From positions 173,228,001-173,292,000 of the forward strand of contig OX597816.1 in the NCBI GenBank assembly GCA_951406725.2: a stretch of 64,000 bases of DNA, written 5' to 3'. This stretch comes from Octopus vulgaris (taxonomy: Eukaryota). Within the stretch, counting starts at the first letter, position 1. Each line of letters starts with the position of its first letter. The notes beneath the pieces were generated by a model that was given only the letters and a program-made list of their open reading frames with translations, was not told the origin of the DNA and did not search any database. Positions 12,439-26,200 of this stretch are shown piece after piece. The translations under genes were made by a program, and so were the position numbers.

Positions 12439-12907
12439 GCTGTTGAAATTTCACTAATAGTTGCCATTGTTATGGTGAAAGTAATGATAATTTCTCCATT
12501 TACTGTGAATTACAATTACAGTCTGCAATAAGAAAAGGTCAAATAAACAACATTTATCTAATTGTTATTTTCTTATTGGCCACCTTGAGAATGGAAAGTT
12601 TGTATGTTTCCCACAGCAATGTAAAAATGTTTGACTTGTTTACAAGGAGGTAGTCATTGTAAAAACTGTGTTTATACACACACACACACACACACACTAT
12701 TATAAAGTTTATTTCTTTGCATCTCTTTCTTTACCTGACACCCCACCACCTTTTTCTCACAATGCTTCTATTAATCTCTCTTTACTACAGCTATAATCTC
12801 TCTCTCTCTCTATCTATCTACCTCTCTAACTCACTCACATTGGTCATTATCACTTTACATGTATTGTACACTCATAGGACATGTCCAAACCTGCTACTAT
12901 TGATTAA

Positions 12908-13128
12908 CCCTTTCATTACTGTATTTATTTTGAGATGCTCTGTGTTTCTTTCAATTACTTTAAATATAACAAAGAATTTAATAAAATAACTTAGTTATCA
13001 TTCAACTAGTGTTAGGAAAATATATTGTGACTTAGGTTTGGTGGAAGATTTTAATTCAAAACTTATAAAAACAAGACATTTAGTACTCAGAGTCAGAGCC
13101 GGTTTCAGCCAGGTTGGTAACGAAAGGG
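12908..13128. mobile_element. piggyBac-type MITE, same family
   Basis: TTAA TSD on both sides, TIRs ccctttc.ttac and gtaacgaaaggg, body matches 10936-11156. Confidence 0.85.
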
Positions 13129-13565
13129 TTAATACTGCCTTTCATGTCAAGTTACACAGTCCAGAAATTCTTCTGCTTTACATGAGCCTACTTTCACAAA
13201 GTTTCCCTGACCAGGGTTTGAAGCATAGCAACCTGAAAGCCAATATTCAAGCTAGTTTTATGATTGTTTTAAGGTTTGAAATCTTCATTAACATAATTAT
13301 AATTATCATCATTACACTAGGTGGTTGTCCAGTTATAAAAGTTATTGCTTCAACAAGTGAAGCCTCCCACCCATGCAAGCAGGAACATATTATTGTAAAT
13401 CAGTAGAAAACAGTAAATCACCATCTTCAAATTCTTCCAAGGTCCACTTTGCTTTTCATCCTTTGGGGGTCAATAAAATAAGTACCAGTTGAGTACTGGA
13501 GTTGATGTAATTAACTAATCTCCTCCCCTAAAATTGCTGGCCTTGTGCCGAAATTTGAAACTACC

Positions 13566-13604
<39 letters not shown>

Positions 13605-13874
13605 GAGTGAGAGAGCAGTTCATGCCATCAAAGTGACACTGGGGTAAAATATACAAAGCCCAATATACCCATCATGACTACCCGTCTGATAAGGGTACAC
13701 CAGGCACATGCATCACAACCATATGTGCGCGACATGGTGATCTCATATCAAGATAAACAGCACATGACCTTGCAGGTGGGGCCCAGTTAGAATTTTCTTC
13801 AGGTTGAGTAGCCCATCCCACTCAAAAGGTCCCTGAATAAGGGTTGTTTAAGGATGTTGAACGAAACACCCCTG

Positions 13875-13876
<2 letters not shown>
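13605..13876 (-). mobile_element. Shorter 5'-truncated copy of the (AAT)n-targeting element
   Basis: Reverse complement of 43740-44010, inside (TTA)n. Confidence 0.72.
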
Positions 13877-13909
<33 letters not shown>

Positions 13910-14491
13910 GAAGGCAACTAGCTGGCAGAATCATTAGCACATCAGGTGAGATTTTTAGTGGCATTTCTTCCATCTTTATGTTCTGAGTTCAAAAACTGTC
14001 GAAGTCAACATTGCCTTTCATCCTTTCAGGGTTGATGAAATAAGTACCAGCTATACACTGGGGTTGATTTGTTCAATTAGCCCCTCCCCCAAAATTTTTG
14101 GCCTCGGGCCTTTATTAGAGAGTATTATTATTATTATTATTAATAGATTCATTAATGCATCAGTGGAATTGTATCATGGTATTTCTTCCAGTTCTGTAAG
14201 TTCTGAGTTTAAACTTTGCTTGATCAGCTGTATTTTATCAACCACAAAAAGTTGAAAAGCAAAGTACAACTGAAGTACTGGAGCCAGTGTGACTGACTTG
14301 CTATCTCCTCCCAAAACTGCTGGCCTTGTGCCTAAATTAAAACAATTAAGCACAGCGGATTAGCTGAATTGTTAGTGTTAGACAAAATACCTTACAACAT
14401 ATGTGTGACTCTTTACATCCTAAGTTCAAATCCTGTACCTGTCAGTTACTGGAATGTGTGTGTGCATGCATGCATATGTGTGTGTGCATGC

Positions 14492-14544
<53 letters not shown>

Positions 14545-15447
14545 CTCACTAACTCTAACTCTGTTCATTGTGAAGCATAATGTTTTTTTGAGAAAATCAT
14601 GCTTCACGTGGTCTGAAAAAGAAAGACAGGCTGGTCACAGCTGGAATGGCTTTGAGTATAAGCGCAGCCAATTAGAGTTAGCTGTGGTTAAAGAACAACA
14701 GCAATCGGGCACTTTGAAATATTGCCAGATTCTGAAATCTTGTTGCAAATGTCATCATCTAGTTGCAACCAACAGTACAATACTGTGCAGTATTCTTCTT
14801 AGATTTTCAAAGCTGAAATACATCTTAGTGTTCCTCGGAGTAAGATGAATAAAATCAAAATAGATGACAGGATATCAAGTAGCGATGCAGTATGACTGTT
14901 TCAAGTGGCTCCATTTAATTGAACAATGCAATCATTACATCAATTTAGATGTAGTGCCATCTTCAGCCGCACAAATAAATAAATAGAATTTTAACCAGTT
15001 GGACACATTAATATAATTTTTCTTAAATATTTTAACAGAGTAAGAAGATGGAAGAAATTCATGTTGTTGTTATTGTAGCTAAGAATAGACTACACTTCCA
15101 AGAATTGTATGAAGCCTATTGGGGTCATGGTATTGTAAAGGATTGTAATTCATTTCTAATTCATCTATCTCTTTATCAACTACTGAATCTAAGACTAGAA
15201 GACTGTGTCTATTATGAATAAAGGACAAGAGTGAGTTGACAGCTCATGGCTAGGTATGGTCATAAATATTGTTGTATGTATCCCTTTAACTGCCCTCACT
15301 ACATCCATACCTATTACCCCCTCTTTTTAGGTTATCTCTTCCCTACCTCAAATTTTAATCCCCTGTCTCTTTAAATGTAATTTGTATGTATTTTTTATTA
15401 TTTCCTATAAATTCTTATTATTTTGTTTTCTTATTTTGATATCCTTA

Positions 15448-15730
15448 CCTATTAACCTCTTATTCCTTATAAGTTGTTACTTTTTTGGTTCTTAAACAGA
15501 TATTTTTCAGCTACTTAAGTCTATGTGAGATGGTTGTACTATACCCATATGAACGTATAAATATTTGTGTATGTGTATACATGCATATATGCACATAACC
15601 TATTAACCTCTTATCCCTTATAAATTGCTATTTTTCTTGTTCTTGAATAGATATTTTTCAGCTACTTAACTCTATGCTTGATGGTTATACTATATCCATA
15701 TAAACGTATAAATATTTGTGTATGTGCATA
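15448..15730. repeat. Tandem duplication of a ~151-bp unit
   Basis: cctattaacctcttat...agatatttttcagctacttaa...aacgtataaatatttgtgtatgtg occurs twice. Confidence 0.85.
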
Positions 15731-15828
15731 TATGTGTGCACATATATAAATGTGTGTGTATCAACAGGCGAAATACCACTAAGCATTTCATTCAGCATGC
15801 TAACGATTCTGTCAGCTCGCCACCTTAA

Positions 15829-16031
15829 CCCTTTAGTACTTAAACCGGCCATATCCAGCCAAAATATTTAATCTGTTTTATATTCAAACTGACCAGATCC
15901 AGGCTCTCACACCTACCCTACAATGTTATTCTACATTAAGTAATTACACCATCAAGATCTTGAAGATATGAGATAATGCATGATTAATTCAAATCAATGG
16001 GAATCAATAAGCATTATGTTTGATAAAAGGG
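15829..16031. mobile_element. piggyBac-type MITE of a second family, ~55 bp upstream of the exon acceptor
   Basis: TTAA|cccttt ... aaaggg|TTAA. Confidence 0.7.
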
Positions 16032-16089
16032 TTAAATAATAATAATAATTAATAATAATAATATTAATATTTTACTCTTTCTGTTACAG

Positions 16090-16394
16090 ACAAATCAAAT
16101 TCCTCGAGTGTAGCAACAGAAGATTCGTTCTTGAATGACAGTGACACTCCTGACAGCAATGCCAATGATTCAACTACATTTGACAACCAAGAGAATTTGG
16201 AAGTAAATGCCAACTATTCTAAAGTGCTGAATTTCTTGGAGCTCTACTGTTCCTTGAAGGAATGTCCACCAGAACTGCGCGAACAAGTTAATGAACTGCA
16301 GACTCTTAGCAGTGAGGTCTCCCAGTCAATTGCTAATCTCAAAGAGAAATCTGAGACACTGTCACCTTTTCAGAACGGTTTGGATGGAAAATAA
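16090..16394 (+). CDS. Terminal coding exon of an unidentified host gene (acidic/Ser-rich region followed by a predicted coiled coil)
   Basis: Acceptor ttttactctttctgttacAG ends at 16089. The frame (phase 1) reads xKSNSSSVATEDSFLNDSDTPDSNAND...YSKVLNFLELYCSLKECPPELREQVNELQTLSSEVSQSIANLKEKSETLSPFQNGLDGK* in unique sequence. It is followed by UTR-like sequence with AATAAA near 16523, 18421 and 18508. A possible upstream donor AAG|GTAATT lies at 9/10. Confidence 0.8.
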
Positions 16395-16424
16395 AAAGAT
16401 AATGAGAGATAGAGAGAGAGAGAT

Positions 16425-16463
<39 letters not shown>

Positions 16464-18855
16464 AATGAAATTATACAAAAATGTATTTAAAAACAAAAGA
16501 AACTAAAACAATGTAATGTGACAATAAAAAATCAAGTCGTTTTTTTTTAAGAAAAGTTGAAAAATGGGAAAAATAACATTGTTTAGATAGACGTGATTTA
16601 GTTTTCTTTCTTTAACTTGTTAAATGTTATGTTGTGTTTGCCTGTAAAAAAAGCTGTGTTTCATATGTAATGGACTCAGCATGTATAATGTTGTGACTCA
16701 GCATGTATTGCATCTGACTCTAATATTGTCCTTACATGTCTTTGTGTCAAATGACTCCATGTGTAATGTTGTGTCTGCCTGCATGAGGCTGTGTTTCATA
16801 TATGTGACATTGACTCTGCATGTGTGTTGTGTCTTCAATATGTAATGATGTATCTATATGTATAATGTTGTATCTTCATGTGCAATTGCTGTGTCTACAT
16901 GAATAATGTTCTTTTATCTGCTACAATAGCATTCTGTCTACTAGAATATATTGTGGCTCTGTGTGTCCAATAATAACATACTGTCCACATGTAAAATGTG
17001 TCTACAATAATGGTTCTCCTACAGTTTTGTGTCCACTTCAACAACGTTCTGTTTACATGTCACACAAAAGCTCACAAAGCACTTTCTTTTAAATATTTGT
17101 AGGACATTTAGGCTGTGATAATTAGAGATAACACTGTATTTATTGTTATTATTACCATAACTATCATTTCTTTTGCCCTTAAGCAGATATTGCTGATATA
17201 TCAAGACCTTGATTCAATTTTAACTGATGTCAATTCACTTCACTTCACTGTTTTAACAAAGGTGTGAGTGGAGTGCTTAGCACTTTCAATATAAAGACTT
17301 GCTGATAAATTGACAGAAACAGAACACAAGACCAAATGAGTAAAAAGGATCTTAGTTCAACTCCTGTTGGGGTTTATGTTGCTTTTCATCCTTCTAAAGT
17401 CGATAAAACAAATATTAGTGACATATTGGAATCAGTTCAGCTTGCCATAAAGTATGTAACCTTATGCCAATGTAAGAAATTATGATGGTAATAATAATAA
17501 CAATCTATAATATTACTTTATGTGTCCATGCATTCCAGACTGTTTTGTCCATATGTTACACTGACGCTATGGGCGGTAATAACTCAAATGGAGAAATAGA
17601 TTTATAGAGGGAAAAGAGCAGACTAAGAGAGAGAGAGAAGGTTTATGTCATTCTGCAATTGTGTGTTCAAATCGCAAGCATAGTCAAAATGTTTAAACAT
17701 AATGAAACAATGTCATGAAGATTTATAAATTTATGCATTTAATGATATATCAATAGATTGTTAAATTAAAGTGAAATAACCTTGGCAAATAGCTGTGGGT
17801 GTTCTATTTTTATCTTTTACATGTTTGAGACCAAAGGTTGTGGCCATGCTAGGGCACTACTATTATTCCTTTTTTTTTTCTTTTTGTTATTTAATTTAAA
17901 TGCTTATTGGTATTATCAGAATAAACAGATACAGAAGGAAATGTAGATATGATAGTTATTTAGCTACATATTTAGATAGATAGGTATGTAGGTAAGTCTA
18001 CAGATATGTCAACTGAGAGATATATTAATAGATGTGTGGCTGGGCTGAAATGAAAATAATCTCAATTGGTACAAAACTTGGATTGAGCGTTGGTGGTGAT
18101 TGGACAGTGAACAGTGTAGTTCATATATATGCATGCATGCATGCATGCATACATAATACATACATGAATAAGTGTTTAATTCATCTTTTATTTTCTTAAA
18201 CTACAAAGCACATCATATATGTCAAACATAAAAAAAAGGGAAAATAAGCAATGTTCTAAGTTCAATTTGATTATATTTGAAAGTACAGTTTTGATTGAAT
18301 GGCTGGATTTCAAAAGAACTTTGAAAATTCCTTGCTTATGTTTAATATATCGATGTTTTCAAACATGCTGACTTACACCATGGATTTTCCATGGGTCCCA
18401 CTAGTGTTAATCATAGTAACAATAAATTGTTAATAGATATAAAAATTGTATTGATAACTAAATTGTATAAGCATATTTCACATAATGTTCCTTTTTGTTT
18501 GCATGTCAATAAAACCCTTTCTTTATTGATATGTATTTGCAGGTGGTAGTGGTAGTGGTTTTATGTGATATTTATTATCACACTTATCTACACACATAGT
18601 TGTATTGTTGTTTGTATTTGCTCAGATGCATATACAACAATACATGTGTAGGTTTTTTTTTAAACAAACATGCAAGCATACACAATTTCATTTTGTGTTT
18701 TGATTAATCCTAAAGAAAAATTTGTGTGAATGTATGTATATATAAACACATACACATATATATATTTGTGTCCATAGAACATGATTAACACTTTATTTTA
18801 CTGAACCCTCATTTGTCGTTCATGACAAGAGAATCCATCATATACATATATATAT

Positions 18856-19124
18856 ATTATATTAAATTAGAGATAAAACCACTATTAGGCAAATCAAACA
18901 GTGAAAAACATAAACCAATACATAAAATTAATTTAAAAATATAAAAATATACATACATACATATATATATATATTTGTATATATATATAAAATTTATAAG
19001 TTTAAATTATTTAAATAATTTTTTATTTTTAACTTTTATATTTTTAGATTAATTTTATGTATTGGCTTATGTTTTTCACTGTTTGATTTGCCTAATGGTG
19101 GTTTTATCTCTAATTTAATATAAT
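18856..19124. repeat. Inverted repeat with ~90-bp arms in a (TA)n-embedded element
   Basis: attatattaaattagagataaaaccactattaggcaaatcaaacagtgaaaaacataa pairs with ttatgtttttcactgtttgatttgcctaatggtggttttatctctaatttaatataat. Confidence 0.85.
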
Positions 19125-19204
19125 ATATTTATACTATAAAGTTGGATTTAATCCTAAATCTAATTTTTCCCTGTAAGTTTGGATTTATTCCCTAATATTA
19201 TTAT

Positions 19205-19235
<31 letters not shown>

Positions 19236-19965
19236 AGTTTAGCTGAGTTAGAGCAAAATGGTATGATTATAACCATATTCAACTTTTCCTTTTTCTTCTT
19301 TTTCATTTATTCTTCACTCTGGTGAAGCTTCATGTTTCAGATTGGTTTTATTACCAAATATAAATATTTTTAGTATATCAATGGCATTACCATGCAACAT
19401 TGGAAGCAGAAACAGCTGTCAGACGGGATGCAGTCTATTTGTATTGAATGAATAAATAATAATTGATGTAAGTCAATTATTGTTCATCAGTATTTCTCCA
19501 TTTTCTGTTTTCGTTAAATTTACATATATATATATATATATATACACTTACCATAATCTAAGTGTTGTAAAATGTGTATATATATATTACATAATGCAAA
19601 CATTATCTGATATAGAAATCAATTTGTTCAGTAGAATTAGTAGATGTATTTATTACATCAACAAATAAGGGTTTAGTCAGAGTTTTTTTTCCTTGGTTAA
19701 ACACCTCTGTGTAAAAGGTAAAGGAACCTGCATTATTTATAAAGTTAGAGGTACCTTAGAAATGTTTGGGTTGATGGGATATTAAATGTAATTATAATTC
19801 CTACCTTATAATATAGATTCTTCTTCTTACTTTTACATTTTACATCCTATCAACACTCCAAAGAATCTAATTTTATAAACCATGTGGGTTTCTTTTTATA
19901 GTCACTGTCATAATACTTAGGGCAGACAATCAGCTGTTAACGTACCCCCACAGACAAATACATAT

Positions 19966-20221
19966 ATGGAGAACCACGCGCACTTGGCAACGTTAATGGA
20001 TAGTCCTACCGCGTGGTAGAACTCTGAGCAGCGATTTAAGAGGCTCTGTAGACCCCGGCTGGTGCCGGAGACTAGCACTAAGTCATCCGCGTATGCGAGG
20101 CCCGCCATGACTGCACCTCCGACCTGGAGACCCATATCGTCAGGCAGGGTGTCCAGAAGCGGGTCAGTCGCGATATTGAAAAGGAGTGGTGATAGGGGGT
20201 CTCCCTGTCGTACACTGCGCC
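19966..20221 (-). mobile_element. Isolated GC-rich R2/NeSL-like reverse transcriptase fragment
   Basis: RSVRQGDPLSPLLFNIATDPLL...GLAYADDLVLVS...GLSINVAKC. Confidence 0.85.
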
Positions 20222-21358
20222 TAATTTACACACACACACATATAACTCACCTGTCAAACTAATTTATAGCTAGATAAACTGGAACATTAGACAATTGTTT
20301 TGACCTTAGACACAATGTAATATTGGTGATTGTTTGTGCTCCTCAGTATCTTGTATGTTAGCACTCTGTTTACCTGGCTGCCTGTGCCCTACCCCACATT
20401 TATGTGTGCGTTGTGTGTCTATTTGTATACATTAAATGGTTGTGGACAATGTAAAATGGAGATATACTTGCAGCCAGTTACTCAAGACTATTCCAATGCT
20501 TAGGTGATTACACTTATTATATCCTACTATATTTGCCCACAGACAATAATCTAAGGAGAGAGAAATTCTAGCTAGCTTGACTTGCGCCCTACATACAACA
20601 TGAAGCTGAGATCCTCTGTGTTAACCCAATAACTCATTAAGGATTAGGGTGTAATTTTATTCAGTTTTTTGTTCACATTTCAAGTGTACATTTTGGACAT
20701 TGTTAAATAGATATATATAAAAAAAATTCACACTAATGTTTTTATGTTTTTTGACTTATTAAACTTATTAAATTGATTATTTAATTTTGATATAGACTTT
20801 TAGTTTGTCATTTACATTGTCATTTACAGGTGGCACGTAAAAAGCACCCACTACACTCACGGAGTGGTTGGCGTTAGGAAGGGCGTCCAGCTGTAGAAAC
20901 ATTGCCAGATAAGACCGGAGCCTGGTGCAGCCTTCTGGCTTCCCAGATCCCTGGTCGAACCGTCCAACCCATGCTAGCATGGAAAGCGGACGCTAAACGA
21001 TGATGATGATGATGATGATTTATAAGAGTCATTATCATTCCCACCATCATTTTTTTAATCTATTTTTTCATGCTGACAATTGATGGACTCCTGATATCTA
21101 AACTCATTTCTCTCTCTGCTTACTTAACCTGCCTCTCTCTAACAGCTGATCTTTTTCATGCATCAACTACCATTGCCTTCAGTTCACATGTCCATACTTG
21201 TGTAGCCACATTACATTCACCCATCATGTGATGTCTTAACATTTTCACAATGATTTGGAAATGAAATTAACTGTTCATATGTTTCAATTAATTTTGAAAA
21301 TAATCAAGGTTTTGGAGGGGCTTAATAAAATGACTCACTTTTTGTAATGTTTGGAACA

Positions 21359-21754
21359 TCTTTATATATAAAAGTGAGGTTGTGTGCTGTCTGTCTCCTA
21401 CGATTTAGATTCCTAACTACTCCCACATTTTGTGGTGCAGTTTAACCAAAACCTGGTATCTTATAGTCGTGATTCATATCGAGCCCTTCTGGGTATTAGC
21501 GCGCGTCTACGATGAATCTACAATTTAAAAAAAATATACCATCAATTTTTCCCATTTTTAATGCATTTTTGGCATATATAAGGGAAGTAACTCTCTAAAA
21601 ATTTATTATTAAATCTCAGAACGTAAAAAGCTACAGTAACACCACCCCCTTTGTGGTTAGCCATATTGAGATGGCTATTATACTTTACATCTCTAAAAAT
21701 GCTTATATAGTTATTTCCCTTACAAACCCGAGCAATGCCGGGCGATACTGCTAG
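21359..21754 (+). mobile_element. Non-autonomous Helitron copy
   Basis: TC and CTAG termini, A|T target, same body. It appears to interrupt an older piggyBac-type MITE (~21240-21875). Confidence 0.85.
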
Positions 21755-23279
21755 TAACTATATACAGGGTTTTACTTAAATTTGTAATGCAAGAGGCATA
21801 GGAACAATTTAAAATAATAGTTTTGCATCTTAGAACCAAAAGTGGTCTCAGGCTCATTAGTACCAAAAGGGCTAATGCTCTTGCAATGATAATAATGAGG
21901 GTGATAGTATTGGTGCTTGTTTCTCAGTAAACTTCTGTGCTTTTGTATGATTGTTAATGTGAAATCATATGTTGAAACAGATTTTGCTGTATCTTGGGAG
22001 GGTCATTATGCCAATGAGAAACGCACTGGTTCAATTTTACTTTTGTTTTATTAGTCAATTAACCATTTAACTAATTAACTAGTCGATTATTTATTTGTTT
22101 GGTGAATCACTGGGTCAGCTAGATTCGTCAGTCTTTTCATTGCCATGTGTGACTTCATTAATGACATGTCCTTGCTACTCCAGGTCTGTCTCCTAGTTTA
22201 GATTCTGTGTCTATAAGGGGATGTGAGAGAGTGTGAAAGAGAGAATGTGTGTGTGTGTGTGTGTTTACTAACCTATAGATTTGTAATTTTCTTTTCCTCT
22301 GGTAGGGGTGGCTTAATGTGTCCACTTATACATGCTCACGTATGTGTAAAGTGTGGATATTGTGAGAGGTGAGAGTGGTTAAATATTTATTTTGTGGTTT
22401 GTGTCTTTGTCTTTGTGAATGGAATGTGTGTATCAAGGTGTGTGTCAGTACATGTATGGGCATAGAAGTCCTCTTTATTTATTTTGGAGATGGTGGAGAT
22501 CATATTTCAAGTTTTTGACACTGCTATATTTCAAACATGCAAAACATGTAGATTTATGTTTATTGACACACCTAGGTTTATTAATTAACCTAATACACTT
22601 ACCCATGTGTGTTTACTAACCTATAGATTTGTAATTTTCTTTTCCTCTGGTAGGGTCATGACCAAATGATTAATCAAACAATCAATTTACTGACCAATCA
22701 TAAAAAGTTAAATGGAACCGATGCATGTGTTTATTACTGGTATAATGGCATGTGTTTATTACTGACTGATGTCTACATATGCACATGAGAATACTGCCCA
22801 TATTTAGATAAGAGCACCCAAGTGTAAATGCAGATTTTTCATTATATGCAGTAATTAGCAGAATTTCTTCCAGATAAATGAACATTCACTCACTAATACT
22901 GTCCAGCTACAAGTTGTCAACTGCAGATAACATGATCTTTCCCCTGATAGAATTTTTATAATTTGATCTTTGCCAATGATGATTTGTGAAACACTTTCAG
23001 CACAAAATGACCCGACTACTTGTCTGTGTTTATCATTAAGGATAAATAATAGAGGAAATCAATTTGAGTATGACAGTTAAAATATGACAATTACATTTGA
23101 AATTAAATTTGAACTTGGTGTAGTGATCACCACAAATAATCTATAAATTAATAACAAATAAAAGCCTGACTTGACTTTTCCATTTTTTTTTCTTCACTAG
23201 ATCACCAAATGTCAATCATAGGGTTATCATAGACCAATCAGAATGCCCTAATTATGATCAGCAGGTCATACTCAATCAT

Positions 23280-26200
23280 TGTCATCATCGATTATCGTCT
23301 GTTTCCCATGCTGGAATGGGTTGGATGATTTGATTGAGGTCTGGAGAGCCTGAGGCTGCACCAGGCTCCAGTCTGATCTGGCAAAGTTTCTACAGCTGGA
23401 TGTCCTTCCTAATGCCAATCACTCTGAGATTGTAGTGGGTGCTTTTTACGTGCCACCAGCACAGGAGCCCATTAGGTGGGCCTGGCGACAATCACATTTG
23501 GATGGTGCTTTTTACTTGCCACTGGCACAGGAGCCAGTCAGGGGGTATTGGCATCGGTCATGATCGGTTGGTGCTTTTTACATGCCACCGGCAAGGGAGC
23601 CAGTCACGGGGCACTGGCTCCAGCTACAATATTAGTTTTACTTAACTCAACAGGTCTTCTCAAGCATATCATATCACTCGACACATCAGGGATCTCCAAA
23701 GGTCTCCATCTCCTGCCATTGCCTCTGTGAGGCCCAATGTTCAAAACTTATGCTTCACCACCTCATCCCATGTCTTCCTGGGTCTACCTCTCCCCCGGGT
23801 TCCTTCTACAGTTAGGGAGTGGCATTTCCTTACACAGCTGTCTTCATTCATACATTACCATACCAGTGCAGTTGCCTCTCTTGCACAACACATTTGATGC
23901 TTCTTATGCTCAACTTTTCTCTCGGGGTACTTACACTCTGTCGTGTATGCACACTGACATTACATCCAGCGGATCATACTAGCTTCATTTCTTTCAAACC
24001 TACGCATGTCCTCAACATTCATAGCCCATGTTTCACTGCTGTGTGGCATGGCAGTTTGCACACATGCATCATACAGTCTACCTTTCACCCTGAGCAAGAG
24101 GCCCTTAGTTACCAGCTCCCTGAACTTTGCCCATGCTATTCTTACTCTAGTTGCTACACTCTCTGAGCAACTGTCCTTACTACAGACTACAGATTTGATT
24201 ATCTAGGTAGCAGAAGCTATTAACTATTTCTAGTTTCTCCCCCTAGCATGTGATGGAATCTGTTTTCTGCACATCTTCAGTGTTTATTGCCCCAAGTGCA
24301 TCTGCCACACACAAAAACTATTTTCCCTATTAACCTTCTTTTGATATTACTGCACCTTTTATGTGTCCATAGATTACACTGGGTATATCGTATGGAGTTT
24401 CTACCCACACCTTTTCTACAGATCGAGCAGGGCCATCTACCTGAAGCGGGATGTGATTTGACAGCCTTCCTACTTACTAAGACTTTGGTTTTGGTTAGGT
24501 TAACCCTAAGGCCCTTTAATTCTAGACCTTGCTTCCACATCCTAAACTTCATCTCCAGTTCTGGCAGTGACTCAGCTATTAGAGCAAGGTCATCAACCTA
24601 GAGGAGCTCTCAGGGGCACCCTGTCTTGAATTCCTCTGTTATTGCCTGGAGGACTATAATGAATAAGAGGGGGTTGAGGGCTACTCGGAATTCTTCACTA
24701 TACTCGTTGCCAACCATCCCTGTACAGGGTTTGTACAGCTCTTACCAGCTCTATCCCCAGTTTCCACATTGACCACTAGATAAGGGATCGGAGGACCCTG
24801 TCAAAGGCTTTCTCCAAGTCAGCTAAAGCCAAGTACAAAGGTTTATCTTTGGCTAGGTATTTCTCCTGCAGTTGCCTTACCAGAAATATAGCATCAGTGG
24901 CGCTTCTGCCTGACACAAAACCAAACTGCATCTCATCTAGGCTAACTCTCTCCCTAATTAGTTGGGCTATGACCCTCTCCGTAACTTTCATCAGCTGATC
25001 CAATAATTTGATACCCCTGTAGTTATTTCTATCTAAAGCATCACCTTTCCCCTTGTAGCACTTGACATTGGATATGACTCCTTCATGAACTACCTGATTT
25101 ATGATGCGGGTGACAAGACTATAACCCACACCACCTGATATTTTAAGCATCCCAACACTGATTCCTGATGGACCAACTGCTTTCCCTGTCTTCATATCCT
25201 TAATTGCTTTATCTACCTGGGAGCATTATCATTTTTGTTTTATTTTTTGCTTTCTTTTAATATGTGTGTGTGTATACATATAAACACTGAAAATATGTAG
25301 AGAGCAGCTTCTGTCACATTCCAGGGAGAAAAATTACAAGTGGTTGATGGCTTCCGTTACCTGGGGGACCAGATCACTAGCGGGGATGGATGTTCTGAAT
25401 AAGCTGCTAGAATAAGAATAGCCTGGGAAAGGTTCAGAGAGCTCCTACCTCTGCTAGTGACAGGGGGCCTCTCACTCAGAGTGAAAGGTAGACTGTATGA
25501 TACATATGTGCGAACAGCCATGCTACATGGCAGTGAAATGTGGGCCGTGACTGCTGAGGACATGTGTGGGCTTGCAAGGAATGAAGCCAGTATGCTCCAC
25601 TGGATGTGTGTCAGTGTGCATAGATGACTAAGTGTGGGCTCCCTGAGAGAAGGGTTGGATTTAAGAAGCATCAGATGCGGTGTGCAAGAAAGACAACTGC
25701 GCTGGTATGGACATGTGTTGCGAATGAATGAGGACAGCTGTGTGAAAAAGTGTCACACTCTGGCAGTTGAGGGAACCTGTGGAAGAGAAAGACCTGGGAT
25801 GAGTTGGTGAGGCACAACCTTCGAACATTGGGCCTTACCGACGCAATGACTATTGACCGAGACCTTTGGAAGTATGCTGTGCTTGAGAAGATCCAACAAG
25901 CCAAGTGAGACGATAACCTGTGGCCTATGCCAGTGAGTGTAACCAGCCCACTTATGAGTACCCTTCATTCATTGGACAATAAACTTTGCTTGCAAAGACC
26001 TGTTGAGGCATGTAAAATCAAAATCAAAATTGCTGATGTGGCCAATAACAGAACCATATGACTGGCACTTGTGCTGGTGGAATGTTAAAAGCACATCCAA
26101 GCGGGATCGTTGTCAGGGCTGTTGATTGGTTCCCGTGCTGATGGCACATGAAAAACAACATTCGAGCATGGTCATTGCCAGTGCCACCGGACTGGCCCCC

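Noticed and set aside
22894-22945. Possible small minus-strand exon with a GTGAGT donor
   Set aside because: Isolated, downstream of the minus gene's stop codon, with no partner exons; likely chance.
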